From positions 496,001 to 560,000 of the forward strand of contig NIVC01000260.1 in assembly GCA_002269645.1 (NCBI GenBank): a stretch of DNA of 64,000 nt, given 5' to 3'. This stretch comes from Macrostomum lignano. Taxonomy: Eukaryota. Below the pieces are notes generated by a model. It worked only from the letters and a program-made list of their open reading frames with translations, had not been told where the DNA came from and did no database searches. Made by a program: the position numbers and the translations under genes. Shown in pieces: positions 12,146-23,390 of this stretch (its first letter is position 1; each line of letters opens with the position of its first letter).

Positions 12146-13239
12146 GTACATGTGTTGTTATAATATATATATTATCTTATGCACTATTATTAAGTTTGTC
12201 TTTGTGTTGTTTTTTTGTTACTGTGTAGAGAATGAATGTATGCCTAGTTCTGAGTAATTAGTCATCTTGAGTAACTTTTAAAGAGCAGTAGGATCATCTT
12301 CATAGTGTCCTAGCTTCGTAGCTTTTGGAATTTCTAGGGGTACATGTACTCTACTGTACTTTTATTCCGCAAAAATGCTTTTAAAGCTACAAACTAATAT
12401 TTTATATAAAACTGGAATAAATTCTGGACAACCTGGTGAAAGAATCAGCTCTTTATCTGCAAAGAAAAAAAAATGGCAGCAGTTTGAAAAATCGGCCTTC
12501 AAAAAAATTTGCACCATTTTAGAGTGTTACGTCCTTCTACTTAAGTAGTCCGTGGCACGATCATGTAAATGATCTCTTATCGGACTCCGTAGGGCGTCAG
12601 TCCTCAAGCCTGATTCTCTGGAACTTAGTCATGAATCATGGACCCGGTTCAAAAGATCGGCAATGTGTACGATTTCATCAACACTGTTGCTGAGCCATCA
12701 CCCGTGGTTCTACCTCGCTAAGGTTAGAGGGTAAATCCTGTTCCTCAGAGCCGTGGCCAAAGGTACCTGATGCATACAGGTTCACTTCCTCGCAGAACCC
12801 GTACCCAATACGGCCAAGACAGAAGCCAAGACCGCCACACTGCACGGTGGGCTGGTCACGGCTGTGTAGGTTGCGATCCTACTCACCTGCAACCCCAACC
12901 CACCTGAAAGGTAAAGTAAGAGGAGGAAAGTAAGGAGAACTTTCCCAAATCTGACTCACAAGCCGACCCTGGGGTTCATGTCCCGCATGCGTTCAAGGCA
13001 GCTCGAGAGCTGCTGCACTGACTGGGCTCCTGGCGGCGGAAACCCTGTCAGTCACTAAGGAATCTATATATATCAATTAAAAATATTAAACTATATTCTA
13101 TTTATTTAGTTTAGGGTAAGGGTCAGGAGGTTCAACTATGAAAGAATCGCCCCGTCAACCAAAAAATACTAATGGGGGAATTAATAAAATTAGGTGGCTC
13201 TTCTTCTGTCTTCTTATTCTGTAGAAGAATTGCTGAAAC

Positions 13240-13445
13240 ATCAAGGCTCTCGGGAGGAGAGCTTGGAAGCTGTTCAACTGGATGCTGCAATCGCGGTTGC
13301 AGCTCGTGCTGGATTCGAACCAGCGACCTGAGCAGATCGAGTTCCAGCCTCACCGCGGCACTTTGGCGCAGATCCTCGTGACACGGAAGCTGCTGGGTTA
13401 ACAGTGGGCGGCCAATCGGACTTCTCCAAGACATCCTCTAGCCGT
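13240..13445 (+). mobile_element. RTE/RTEX-like LINE RT fragment (paralog of 25745-25950)
   Basis: KLFNWMLQSRLQLVLDSNQRPEQIEFQPHRGTLAQILVTRKL resembles the LINE RT motif KL..R.L..RL......Q.GFR..R.T..QI. Confidence 0.75.
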
Positions 13446-13481
13446 CTCAATTTGTGAAATCAGACCAACTCTTGCCCATCT

Positions 13482-14057
13482 ATATCACCGTTTCTTCTTC
13501 TAGTGCTGCTACTGCTGCTTCCCTCGATGCTCTGCCTCGGCGTCGAGGATCAGCAGCAAGGCAGTGAGGATCAGCGCAAAGAGGCGTCAGGAGGCGACAT
13601 CGAGCTGAACGTCCTGGTCAGCGTGGACGGCAAGACGTCCTTCAACCTGACCAAGACTCTGAACAGCTACCTGTCTGAGAGCTTCGATCTCAATCCGGGT
13701 GAGTCGCTCCGACAAGCCGACGCCCGCACCAAACCAGGCTCCTTCGATTCACCCAACCGAGAAACCCGAGAAGCCGCTCGACAAGATCAAAGCCACGGAC
13801 GCCGAGTTCACGAAGAAGATGGAGCGCTGGATAAATGGCCCGGTGATTTGCTAGCCCCCGTGTTTTAACGGCAGGACCTGCACCAGGTTTCCAATGTTCG
13901 GTGAAAAAATGCGCAGGTGGCTAATTTTCATAACTTATTGGATTCTGATGCTGCCGCATGATTTCGAGGCTTATAAAAATGGTTATAAATTTCTTTCATT
14001 TTCCAGATTCCCAATCGAATACAAGGTCTGTGAAACGAAGTCCTTGACATCGTGTAA
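13482..14057 (+). pseudogene. Secreted EGF-ligand-like gene copy 1 (dead)
   Basis: Paralog of 26152-26823. ATG changed to ATA (13482), TATA promoter deleted, TAG at 13852, several EGF cysteines lost. Intron 13917-14006 conserved; AATAAA at 14126. Confidence 0.85.
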
Positions 14058-14659
14058 ACGTTAAACTTGACTTCTGAATAACTAAAAAAATATAAACTTA
14101 AAGTAGAAGAACAAACATCTCTATGAATAAAAAGTTCAGTTTCCCTCTCAAATTGTTAAACCACATTCAATCTAAAATAAACTACAAACAAAAATTAACC
14201 AAATCGATCAATTTTTTATTAGTTGAAACAACTGCATCTCCTCAAAAAACGAAACGAAAGGAGCTCTAAGCCACGCAATAAAGACAAAATCCCCTTTTTT
14301 GGACAGAGAATCTACATGTACGTACATACCGGAAGATATAAGGACAGGTGCCTCCCCCCCCCAAGGGCTGCCTTCTGCAATACAAAATCCTGAGTACATG
14401 TACGCCACTGCGGGTGCTGCACAGGTTCTGTCAACTCAACAGGTTCTGTTTGGTTCTGCTTTTTAGGTACGCAGGTTTTTAGGTACAAGTAACTCTTCTA
14501 CGAAACCATGCATTTACTTACTACTTCAAAGAGCAATGGCAGTACGGTGTGTTGTAGCATATGAAATTATTCTCGGGGCAGAACAGCAGTAGAGAACAAT
14601 TTACCTGGCCAGGCCAGGTAGTTTTTACCCGGCCATTAGTTTGCCATTCCAATCTTTGG

Positions 14660-15200
14660 AGTTATGAGCTCTGCCCTCCCTGCCCGGTCCATCCTGCTCT
14701 GTCCTTGGTCCATCTGCTGGCTCCTCTGGTTGTCTCCCTGCCTAAGTGTCTCTGGCTCTCATCCTGACAGTGGATTGGTGTCCTGGGGAATGAGTTCGTC
14801 CCGAATCGGGGATACCGGCTGAGTCCGGGTCCTTTTGCTCCTTGTGCCCCTTCCCGACCCCTTGGCCTGGCCTCCAATACTGAGCTGGATAGGCGATACC
14901 CTTGGGTTTGTAGCCGGTAGACGGTCTTCCTGCCTGGAGTCTCGCCCTCGGAAACAAGCCTTCCAGACTCGCTCCAATAGTTAAGCCATTTCCGTAGACT
15001 TCGGGGTTTCCCCGCTGTCGGACCGCTTTCAGTAGTAACCCAAGCTTTTTTTCGCTTTTTCCAATTTTTTCTGCGCACTCCAGAGGACTTGTCTGCTGGG
15101 TGGTGGCCTGGGTGGACTCGGTCCTAGAACCGTCCCTGATTCCACTTTTGGGTTGGCGGTGTCTTGTACCGTAGGTTTGGGCTAGTAGCACCAATACACC
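14660..15200 (-). mobile_element. Possible degenerate RTE-like LINE C-terminal remnant
   Basis: GC-rich segment absent from the paralogous block downstream of EGF copy 2. Weak motifs across frames (LLKAVRQR, VLEARPRGR, KDRAGW). Confidence 0.3.
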
Positions 15201-15419
15201 ATGTTCTCACCAGAGTCCTGAGCTCTGGTCCCAATCGTGGCCTCTCGGGCTACATGCCCCTAGCAGTATGGCCCAGTCAGATCCCTGCGGTAGAGCCCCC
15301 TTTCGGGCTGATCCGCGGCAAGCCCCTCCCTGGCTTTCCACCCCCGTTTAAGAAGAAGAAGAGAACATGCATAGATTTGGGGCTTGCTTTGGATGTTTTA
15401 ACCCCCGGATGTTTGAGAA

Positions 15420-15570
15420 GAAAAACTTTCAATTTTTTTACAGCGTTTTATAGCCAAGATGCCCCAATACTGTATTCAGCCCACCAGCAGATTGGACACA
15501 TGGCAGAAGCCACTCTGCTACGCTGTCTACCCAGTAAACTCCGCATCCCCTTATCGGGTTTCCAGAAACA
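15420..15570 (+). repeat. Duplicated block Y, copy 1 (paralog 29895-30045)
   Basis: CAATTTTT.TACAGCG and CTCTGCTACGCTGTCTACCCAG...TTATCGGGTTTCCAGA are shared between the two copies. Confidence 0.8.
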
Positions 15571-16164
15571 ACCCCCGCCGAGATTGTCTGAATTGCTGGC
15601 CTGCCTGGCTTGTTCGCGATTCAAATAGCCTAGGGGGAAGGTAAGCTCGGTAGCCTCCGTTCCTGCAAGACTCAGCGACACGGGAGCTGTCGGATCCATT
15701 ATCCAACGGTGCAGCGGAGACACCTTTCAAGAATTCGGGGCTAACAGACCGTCACGAGCACAGCATTGCATTGACTGACGAGTCCCGGTGCGAATTCTGC
15801 CAAAGGAGCTGCCGTTGCACTGGGAGGCGGAAGTGAAGAAGCTGATCCAAGAGCTATTAGACAATGACAGCCCGAATGTGGCGCCCCCCCCCCCAGTGTA
15901 CGTGCGGAAAAAGAATGGACCACGCTGTATAAGTTTCTAGTCGGTGGATAACTAAGAACTTACATATCATTAATAGTACATAACCCTCTCAGCCTTTGCT
16001 GATGCTGATCATCATCCTTGTTGTGTAGTGACAAAAAACTACAATTCAGTAGGTCAGTACATATGTAGATGTATTGAAAATATTATTGACTTGACGTATT
16101 TTTTACATTTCTACTGGCAGTAGAGTATGAAATAATTTTCAGTATAATTTATGCTAACGGAGAT

Positions 16165-17225
16165 GCCATCGCCTTGTGCGAGGACTTCCAGTTCTTCGGA
16201 TCGCTAGCAACGAGTCTGAACTCCAATCGTCTCCGACAGGAGGAACCAGAACTGGCGCGCGGCGCACCTGCTCAGGAACGTCTTCAACTCAGCTGCGAGG
16301 GACGGCCTGAAGGTGCGCCTCTTCCACGGTGACATGGAGCCGATCCTCCTGTACGGCATGGAAGCGGTGCCGACGAATGACACACGAGAGCGAGCCCTGG
16401 ACGCGCACTACCCCGAGAGGTTGCCGTCCAGAGACTCGCGATGGACCACGCCGGCATTCCAGACCCTGAGCGTCACTTTGGACCGGCGCCGCCGCCGGAT
16501 GCTGCCGGGCCCATGTAGTGAGCGAGAGACAAGCCAGTCAGTCAGGTTAAGTCCAGAAAACCAATTAACCCTCACACGAAGGGTGGAGTAACTTTAATAT
16601 TTAATCGAGAACGCATGTACATATACAATCTGAGTGCTTGTACATCGCATTCCCTTACCACCAATCACTAACTAGCAGAACGAACCAGTGAGTAAATTCA
16701 CTAACAACATTCACCCTCCTCCTTAACAGTCACTAATTGCCCTCACAGCTGACAATCAGTGCGTCACGACCTGGCCGTACCACAACGGCGGTGCCCGCAG
16801 TCGCGTACTGCGCCGCAGCTCCGCGTCGGCCTCAGCGGTCGCCGGCGGCGGGTCCGTCGGGCCTTCTGGCGCTGTCGGCTCTGCAGCCACTGGCGGCTGT
16901 GGCGGCATTGCCGTTGCCGAAGTCGTGCTTGCACCCTCGGGCTCCGCATGAGGCATACAGACGCTGGTGTGCCACCTCGAGCCGTCGTCTAACATGACGA
17001 TAGTCGGGCTAATGATGTCGCTCACCCGTAGAGGTGATGACACGTGGCTCTGCAGCTTGCCTCGCATCCGTGGAGATCGCACTCGCACCAGGTCAATCAG
17101 AGTGCGCATGTACATCGCATTCCCTTACCCCCAATCACTAACTAGCAGAACGAACCAGCTAGTAAACTCACTTCACAACAGGCCACTGCCTCGGGAGTCC
17201 CGTTGGCACTAATCTTCTTGCATCA
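16165..17225 (+). mobile_element. RTEX-like LINE C-terminal fragment split by an LTR derivative
   Basis: LCEDFQFFGS, LKVRLFHGDMEPILLYGMEAV...ERALDAHY, RRRML|GHCL; the last motif is joined across the 16514-17180 insertion. Confidence 0.65.
16514..17180 (-). mobile_element. Internally deleted Gypsy LTR element (667 bp)
   Basis: TG...CA LTR at 16514-16709, PPT at 16710-16727, integrase tail VRVRSP...PLRV...LDDGSRWH...LRRSTR, and a partial second LTR at 17099-17180 matching 16630-16709. Degenerate TSD GCCCA/GGCCA. Confidence 0.8.
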
Positions 17226-18129
17226 GCCGACGGAGCGGAAGAACTGTGACTCCAACTGACTGTTTTGTGGCTGACTTGCAGGCGCTAGGTCTCAGCACCC
17301 AGACCGCAGCTGCCGGCCCCTCCGCCTGTTTCGCGAACGCGTAAGCGCAAGAGCTCAGTAGTTTTTGTGTGTGTCTATCTATCAATCTATGCTGCAGCTA
17401 CGAGCGTACGCAGTGGCCAGCAGATCTCACTGGCTATGATTGTGAAGAGTTTAAGAGTGGTTATCAGTCACTCAAAAACTCCCACTTCTAGACACTGGGG
17501 AAAAAGTGCCTAGGTACATGTATAAGCAAAATCAAATAACTCTTACTCGAGCGGCTCCTTTAGTAGCTTGCAAACGTCTTGTCTTGAAGAGTGTAGCGGG
17601 CTTTGCTGTACTGTAGTGAAAACTGGCTTCTGTGGATCCTTCACTTTATCTGTGGGTCGACCAAAACGAGAGCGAATCAGAATTTCTTGACGATCCTCGA
17701 GCTCGGAATTAACAATAAAACGTGCGCTCCAATGAACAATTGAATTCTCTAGGTTTCTGTAATAGGTCCTCCTGAAGAGCGTCTTCTTCGTTACGTCCGA
17801 AACGTAACGGATAACTCAAATCAATCAATAAATCCTCTAGGAATGTATCCTAGGAAACAAGGAGGCCTTTTTTAAATGTGTCGACAGTAAACTGCTCTCG
17901 TAAACTTAATTAATCAATTTATTAATGCTAGCAACAAAGAACTAAGGCTGGTAAACGCTTACCAATTGGACAAGTGTAGTCCCTCAGAGATTGGTCTCCT
18001 TTTCTTCTTCTTTGTTTCTCGCGGAGTCTACAAGATGGTGTCTACATCTCGCTCTCTATGTAGATTGACGTCAACAAATATATCGATCACTGCTCCGTGA
18101 GGCCTTCGCGTTTTGATTTCTTTTGATCA

Positions 18130-18330
18130 CCCAAGCATCTCCTGTTACACAGGACCATCACAGCTGCTAAAGCACGTTGTACGGGTGCGAAGGATGTTCT
18201 GGATGACTCGCATGGAAACCGAATCGAAAGCCTTCTGGATGTCCATGAAGACGCAGATGACAGGCGACAGACGCAGAGGCGGTCCTCTTCTAAGATGCTG
18301 TGTGCAGCGCGATGTCTGTAGTCAAAACCA
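18130..18330 (-). mobile_element. LINE RT fragment
   Basis: Minus-strand ILEED...PVICVFMDIQKAFDSVSMRVIQNIL carries the D..KAFDSV motif. Confidence 0.75.
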
Positions 18331-18699
18331 TATGGTCTATGGCAAAGTGAGACTCTTTTTAACCAAAGTGTCCCTAAGCAAAATCCTCATGGCAACTCAC
18401 TTGCGTCCAACCAAGCAACCAGAATTATTGTCACGAGTGCCGTAGTGAAAAACAGATGGAGCCCTGCATGGTTCAAACGGTGGATGAAGGCACCGCAATA
18501 GCTTTGGCTGCCAGAAACTTAAGAATGAATAAAAAGGCAGGGTACAGAACAAGTATAGTGAGACTGGCCACATGCATACACTGCCTCAGGCTGGCTCGTG
18601 CAAGGTGGACGCTGAGACGTAACAGCCAATCGGCCATATTGTGGAGCAAAATCAGTACGTCATTCTCAAGGATGCGCAAGGAAGCCTGACAGAGCTGCA

Positions 18700-19000
18700 T
18701 CATAATTATTAAATAATAAAAATTGATTACACCTGCTCTAATGGGCAGATGTGCAACCGACAGCTCAGCCGCAGCTATTGTGCGGCGCATCTGAAGGCTG
18801 CGTACGGCTGTTCACTGGGGGTCGCCGCACACACCCTCAATTACCTCAGCTAATGTTGGCACCCATTTTACAGCTGGTTGAACTGACGCAATACAAAGTT
18901 AAGTGTCTTGCTTAAGGACACAAGTTGTTCTAAGTGGGTCGGGAATCGAACCCCGACCTTTCAGTCGCGAGTCCGACGATCTATAGTAGGCTACAACCCC
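18700..19000 (-). mobile_element. tRNA-derived SINE, copy B
   Basis: Reverse complement of copy A, with canonical B box GGTTCGATTCC. Confidence 0.85.
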
Positions 19001-19189
19001 CCCCCCTCAAAGCCGGTCATCTCTGAGCACGGACGTTGAGCTCCATGCGAAATACGCTTAGAACTACGAGCTATAATTACATTTTGGATCAGGCTGCTAA
19101 ACCTTACAGAGTTTTGCATGTGACACTTTGCTTGCTTATGTCTAGGGTGATTTCAGTTGGATTCTTCTCAATCGACCTCGTGACCAAAG

Positions 19190-20480
19190 AAGTGGTATTA
19201 CATGTACATGTAGCATCCATCTTGGTTGAGTGTTTATAGAACTCACACACGTTTTTTGGCAGTTTGGCTAAATCTCTGTTTATCTGTGTGCTTTATAAAA
19301 TTGGCGGTCCCAGGTGCAATTCTGCAACTGCTATTGGAGACACGATGTCAGTTCATTTTCCATTTTGCAAGCTTTTGTACTCAACAGCACCTGTCTATCT
19401 TCTGGCTTTGTTTGAAAGCAAACACTCGCAGGCACTTGTGCAGGGGCGCAACCAGGTGCGAGGGAAGCGGCTGCATCTGAAAAAATGATAGGGAAGATCA
19501 AGCGCATTTTCGCCAACATACAGGCCGCCTCCTCCGCCCCCATCCCTTTGGGCTTTAGGTCTTCAACCCCCTGCTGCACTAAGAACTTAAAAGACGTCAA
19601 AAGTCACGTCGTCACAGTAGAACTACCAATGAGGGGGGGGGTGGTAATTTCCCCCTGGCATTTGCTCTGTTGCGTCGGAACGAGGCAACGCAGGCACACG
19701 AAATTCAAGAACACAGGCAGATTTTTTGTTGCGCACCTTCTCAAACAAGAATCAAGTCGCCAGCCCTCCGGACCATCGAGATATTCAACGATTCTGCCAG
19801 AAGGTCGGATTTTCCCATAAGCGCCTGTGTATTCAGTACACCCCTGTGCGCCAATCAGCACTGCGCCTCAGCACTGCCTTGCCAAGCCTCCAAATTTCGT
19901 CAGCACGTCGACCACATGTGTCTGCGTCAGCTCTGACTTTGTTGGTCATTGACTTTCACCCAGGCGAAGCTTCTGGACCCTCAACAGGTGGCACCAGGTG
20001 ACTATGGACGGGCAGAAGAATGGCGTAGTATTCTTACTGTTATTTTTAAACTTCACGAACGCCTTGATTAAATATGTTTTTTTCTCTAGCATGTCTGTTT
20101 TTTTTTCTGGGAAACTCGAAGTTTCGAATTTTAGATGCGAATTTCGTTTATCATGTGTGATTTGTAAACTTATTTCCCCATAAGGATCTGATTCCGAATG
20201 GATCACCGTACTGTGAGAGCTACTCGTACATGAAGTCATGGATTTTTAAATCCTAACTATGTGTAAGATACTGACCTACTTTCTCACTCAACATCTCCAA
20301 GAAAAATCCCGTAGCATCGCTCGCTTCCAGGGATTCCAAATTCCGAAAGCGCAAGAGCAGAGGAGAGCGGAAGCCGCATCATCTGCCGCCTCTGAGGACC
20401 CGACATCCGACAAAGAAGCGGACTCCACGCGTCAGCCGGATGCGTCGGTGCCGCAAAAGCTTCTGGCGCGGCTGGCTCTT
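19190..20480 (+). repeat. Duplicated unit X, copy 2
   Basis: TATAAA at 19294. Colinear with 4780-5281 + 9812-10745 after removing the insertions. Confidence 0.75.
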
Positions 20481-21218
20481 TCCGGGGCGAGACCTCTGCT
20501 CGTGAGAAAACACGCACGGCTGCGGAGAGATCCAAAGCGGGGGGCGCTGGCCAAACACTAAGCCGATGCCTGAAGACGAGCGTCGAGGACCAGGCCTTCC
20601 ACATCCAGCCCGACGACAGCCGGTCTGGGCAGCAGCTCCTCAAGATGGGTCAAGCGATCACGGACACACTGAAACCGTGCATGGATTCCGGTTCGCTGCG
20701 GAGACGGGCGGAGACGGTTTCACGGCTATCCTCGGTCTGTTGGATAGCTGGATGCTCCGCTTTCCGGACATGTCCCTTGTCTTCGAATCTTCATTTTCGA
20801 ATTCGACATCACCTGTCCACCGCCCCGGAGAATTGTAAGCACAAACAGGAAAAAGAGGCTCCTGTGCTTCATGACCCGTCACGTGGACCCCGTCTAGGGG
20901 AAAGCCGCGAAAGCTGCAGCAACAGGCGGACGTTGGAAGGGCCCGGAACACTACCCGATACTAGCCGGCAGGGAATCGCTGGACATCATGCTCACCAGCT
21001 CTTTCCCACGTGCAGCACCGCAGCTAGGCCCACCAGATCACTCTCCGGGGGGACAGATCCTGGCTTCGACCATCATCACCAGAGAGAAGACCATCATCGC
21101 CGCGAGATCCTTCTCTCCTTTTAACCCTAATCCTAGCGATTTACAATCGAATGAACCAAGTTGCAGAAAAAAATTGACCAATGCATTACAAACAAATAGA
21201 CAGACTAGCAATATTAGA

Positions 21219-21430
21219 CTAGCAATCCTCCCCGTTTGGGGAGCCCAAAAATGAAAATGAAACTATGACTGAAAATATTATAGAATGTACCCACGCTTCC
21301 AGTAAGCCTAGACATCCCAGCAATTCCCCCCGTAAGCCTTGACGTCTCAGAAATTCCCCCAGTAAGCCTTGACATCCTACTTTTAAGGGACTACCGGTGT
21401 TTAATGATGAGATCCCCAGAGTTGCTATGG
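21219..21430 (-). mobile_element. 3' end of a non-autonomous Helitron-like element
   Basis: Hairpin CTCCCC-GTTT-GGGGAG (21228-21243), then CTAG|T on the minus strand, and GATGTCAAGGCTTAC subrepeats. Same family as 53655-54724. Confidence 0.6.
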
Positions 21431-21639
21431 CTACATATGTACAACTGGGATTTTCTGTCATTAAACAGCGACAGCCAGATGTACCTTATTGTTTAATTGT
21501 TAGAGAAAATAGGTCAACGGATCCAAGTGGGCTAGTCTTTACCAAAATAGTACGACTTCTTTCACCCTCTTTCGTATGAAGTTGGACTATGCTCGACAGG
21601 AAGAGCCATGCTTTACTGCTAAAGCTGTTAGTCTATGGT

Positions 21640-23000
21640 CTATGGTTAACCTGGCTAAAAATCCTCACGGCCATAGACAACTTTGTGGGTTTACAGCTGT
21701 GCCATGTCTAAGAATAAGTGTAAGTCAAAGAATACTGAGCTAATATTAGCTCAGTATTCTTTGGTGTAAGTAAGATATGCTATAGTTTTGAGGTCAGTAT
21801 GAGTTTCAATCCGGAAAGCCGAAGGGCTAATTGGAATACCGATCTCAAAACTATGACATAGCCATTTTAAAACGACTTTCATTTCCGGGAATAACTCCCG
21901 GAATCCATTTTAACTTTCTTTTACTGGACGTGAAAAGACGGGGGTGTGAGGAGGAGCCTCACATTTAGCCATAGACAATTAAGTATTTAATTGACAAGAT
22001 GGAAACGACAAGAGACCATAGATATAGTATAGATTCATATTGTTCAGTCTCTCTCTTCCTCTCCTTCAGTTCAACTCGGCTTTAACCCGTGACTGATCTT
22101 CAAGCAAATTCTAAGCTATTTGGCAAAGAAAAATGAAAGATATTCGCATTTTAAACCCACTAATTGACTTCATTGGGGACTTTGCTGGGGACTTATGATC
22201 CTAATTGACTTTCAGCAGATGTGGAAGAAAGAAGGACTAGATCAGCGTGACCCGAATGTTGAGCAAAAACTTCGAGAAATCCGCTGAAACTTGAATTTCA
22301 AAGACTGCAGTGTAACGATCAATAACTAACAATATCGACAACAAGCAAAGGAGTACACATGCTGACTATATTTTCCCGTAAATGTTTTTAATTTCTGTTT
22401 GGTTGTACTACTGTTGTTGCCTATGGTCGGTTCTGTTCAGTATGCCTAAGAACTCTTGCAAAATGTTTCCATATATTTGTTTCACTTTATACATGTAGCT
22501 TCATACGTCTTGGTTCTTGGCTATAGCTGAGCTTTTTTAAAACCCATACACGTCTTTTGATAGTTAGCCGTGGTTAAATCTCTGTGCTGTATAAAATTGG
22601 CGGTCCCATGTGCGTCTCTGCAGCTGCTAATTGAGACACGGTACCCGTTAATTTTCATTTTTCAGGATTTGTATACGCAACGGCAGCTAGATCTATCTAT
22701 CTTACAATTGCAGGCACCAGGGGCTTCAAAGACATCAAGTCACTCGCTAGAACCAGGCCTACATGTAGATGTCTCTAATCATTTTAAATCTTTATGCGCA
22801 CCTGATTCAGGACAATTTTCTCTGGCAAAATTACATCGAACTTTAGATGCAGGAATAAGGAATAGATTAAGAAAGAAATTCTACATGCCTGTGCTTATCA
22901 TTTGTGATTTTTAAAGAATCTTTCAACTGCCAGGATTCCGGACGGGTCACCATACTGTGAGAGCTTACATTGAGTCGACCACGGGATTCGTACATCCCGA
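21640..23000 (+). repeat. Duplicated unit X, copy 3
   Basis: AAAATCCTCAC..GTGCCATG block at 21657, TATAAA at 22590, TTTAGATGCAGGAATAA at 22842. Confidence 0.75.
21726..21763. mobile_element. 38-bp perfect palindrome with 8-bp target-site duplication (minimal P/hAT-type element)
   Basis: CAAAGAATACTGAGCTAAT|ATTAGCTCAGTATTCTTTG, flanked by GTGTAAGT at 21718-21725 and 21764-21771. Confidence 0.8.
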
Positions 23001-23134
23001 CCACCATGGCTAACAGCCCAATGCGTCAATGTCGATATACTTTTGTAGCTTTTGTTCGCATGCACGGTGTTCTTAAGTAGCCCTTGGGCTTAATACTGTT
23101 ATTCCCAACTTTATTTTTTCCTTAACCTAGAAAC

Positions 23135-23390
23135 GCACACTTTCGCACTCCTGACACACTTTTGCACCCCTGACACACTTTTGCACCCCTGACACACACT
23201 TTTGCACTACTGACACAGTTTAAGACCCCTGACACACACTTTTGCACTACTGACAAACAGTTTGTCACTCCTGACTCATTTAGGCATCAATGACACACAA
23301 TTTTGCACCCCTGACACACAGCCTGGCATTCCTGACACACAGTTTCGCACTCCTGACACACATTTTCATATTCCTTTGATACCACTGACG
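23135..23390. repeat. Degenerate 20-22-bp tandem repeat (TTTTGCAC.CCTGACACAC)
   Basis: About 11 diverged units with a CCTGACAC core. Confidence 0.85.

Noticed and set aside
12560-13050. GC-rich segment with a mini exon-like AG...GTGAGT pattern (possible retroelement 5' UTR or ribozyme)
   Set aside because: I could not establish an ORF, a fold or a second copy.
17547-17562. 16-bp match GGAGCCGCTCGAGTAA with about 37496 (opposite strand)
   Set aside because: A match of this length is expected by chance in a 64-kb self-comparison.
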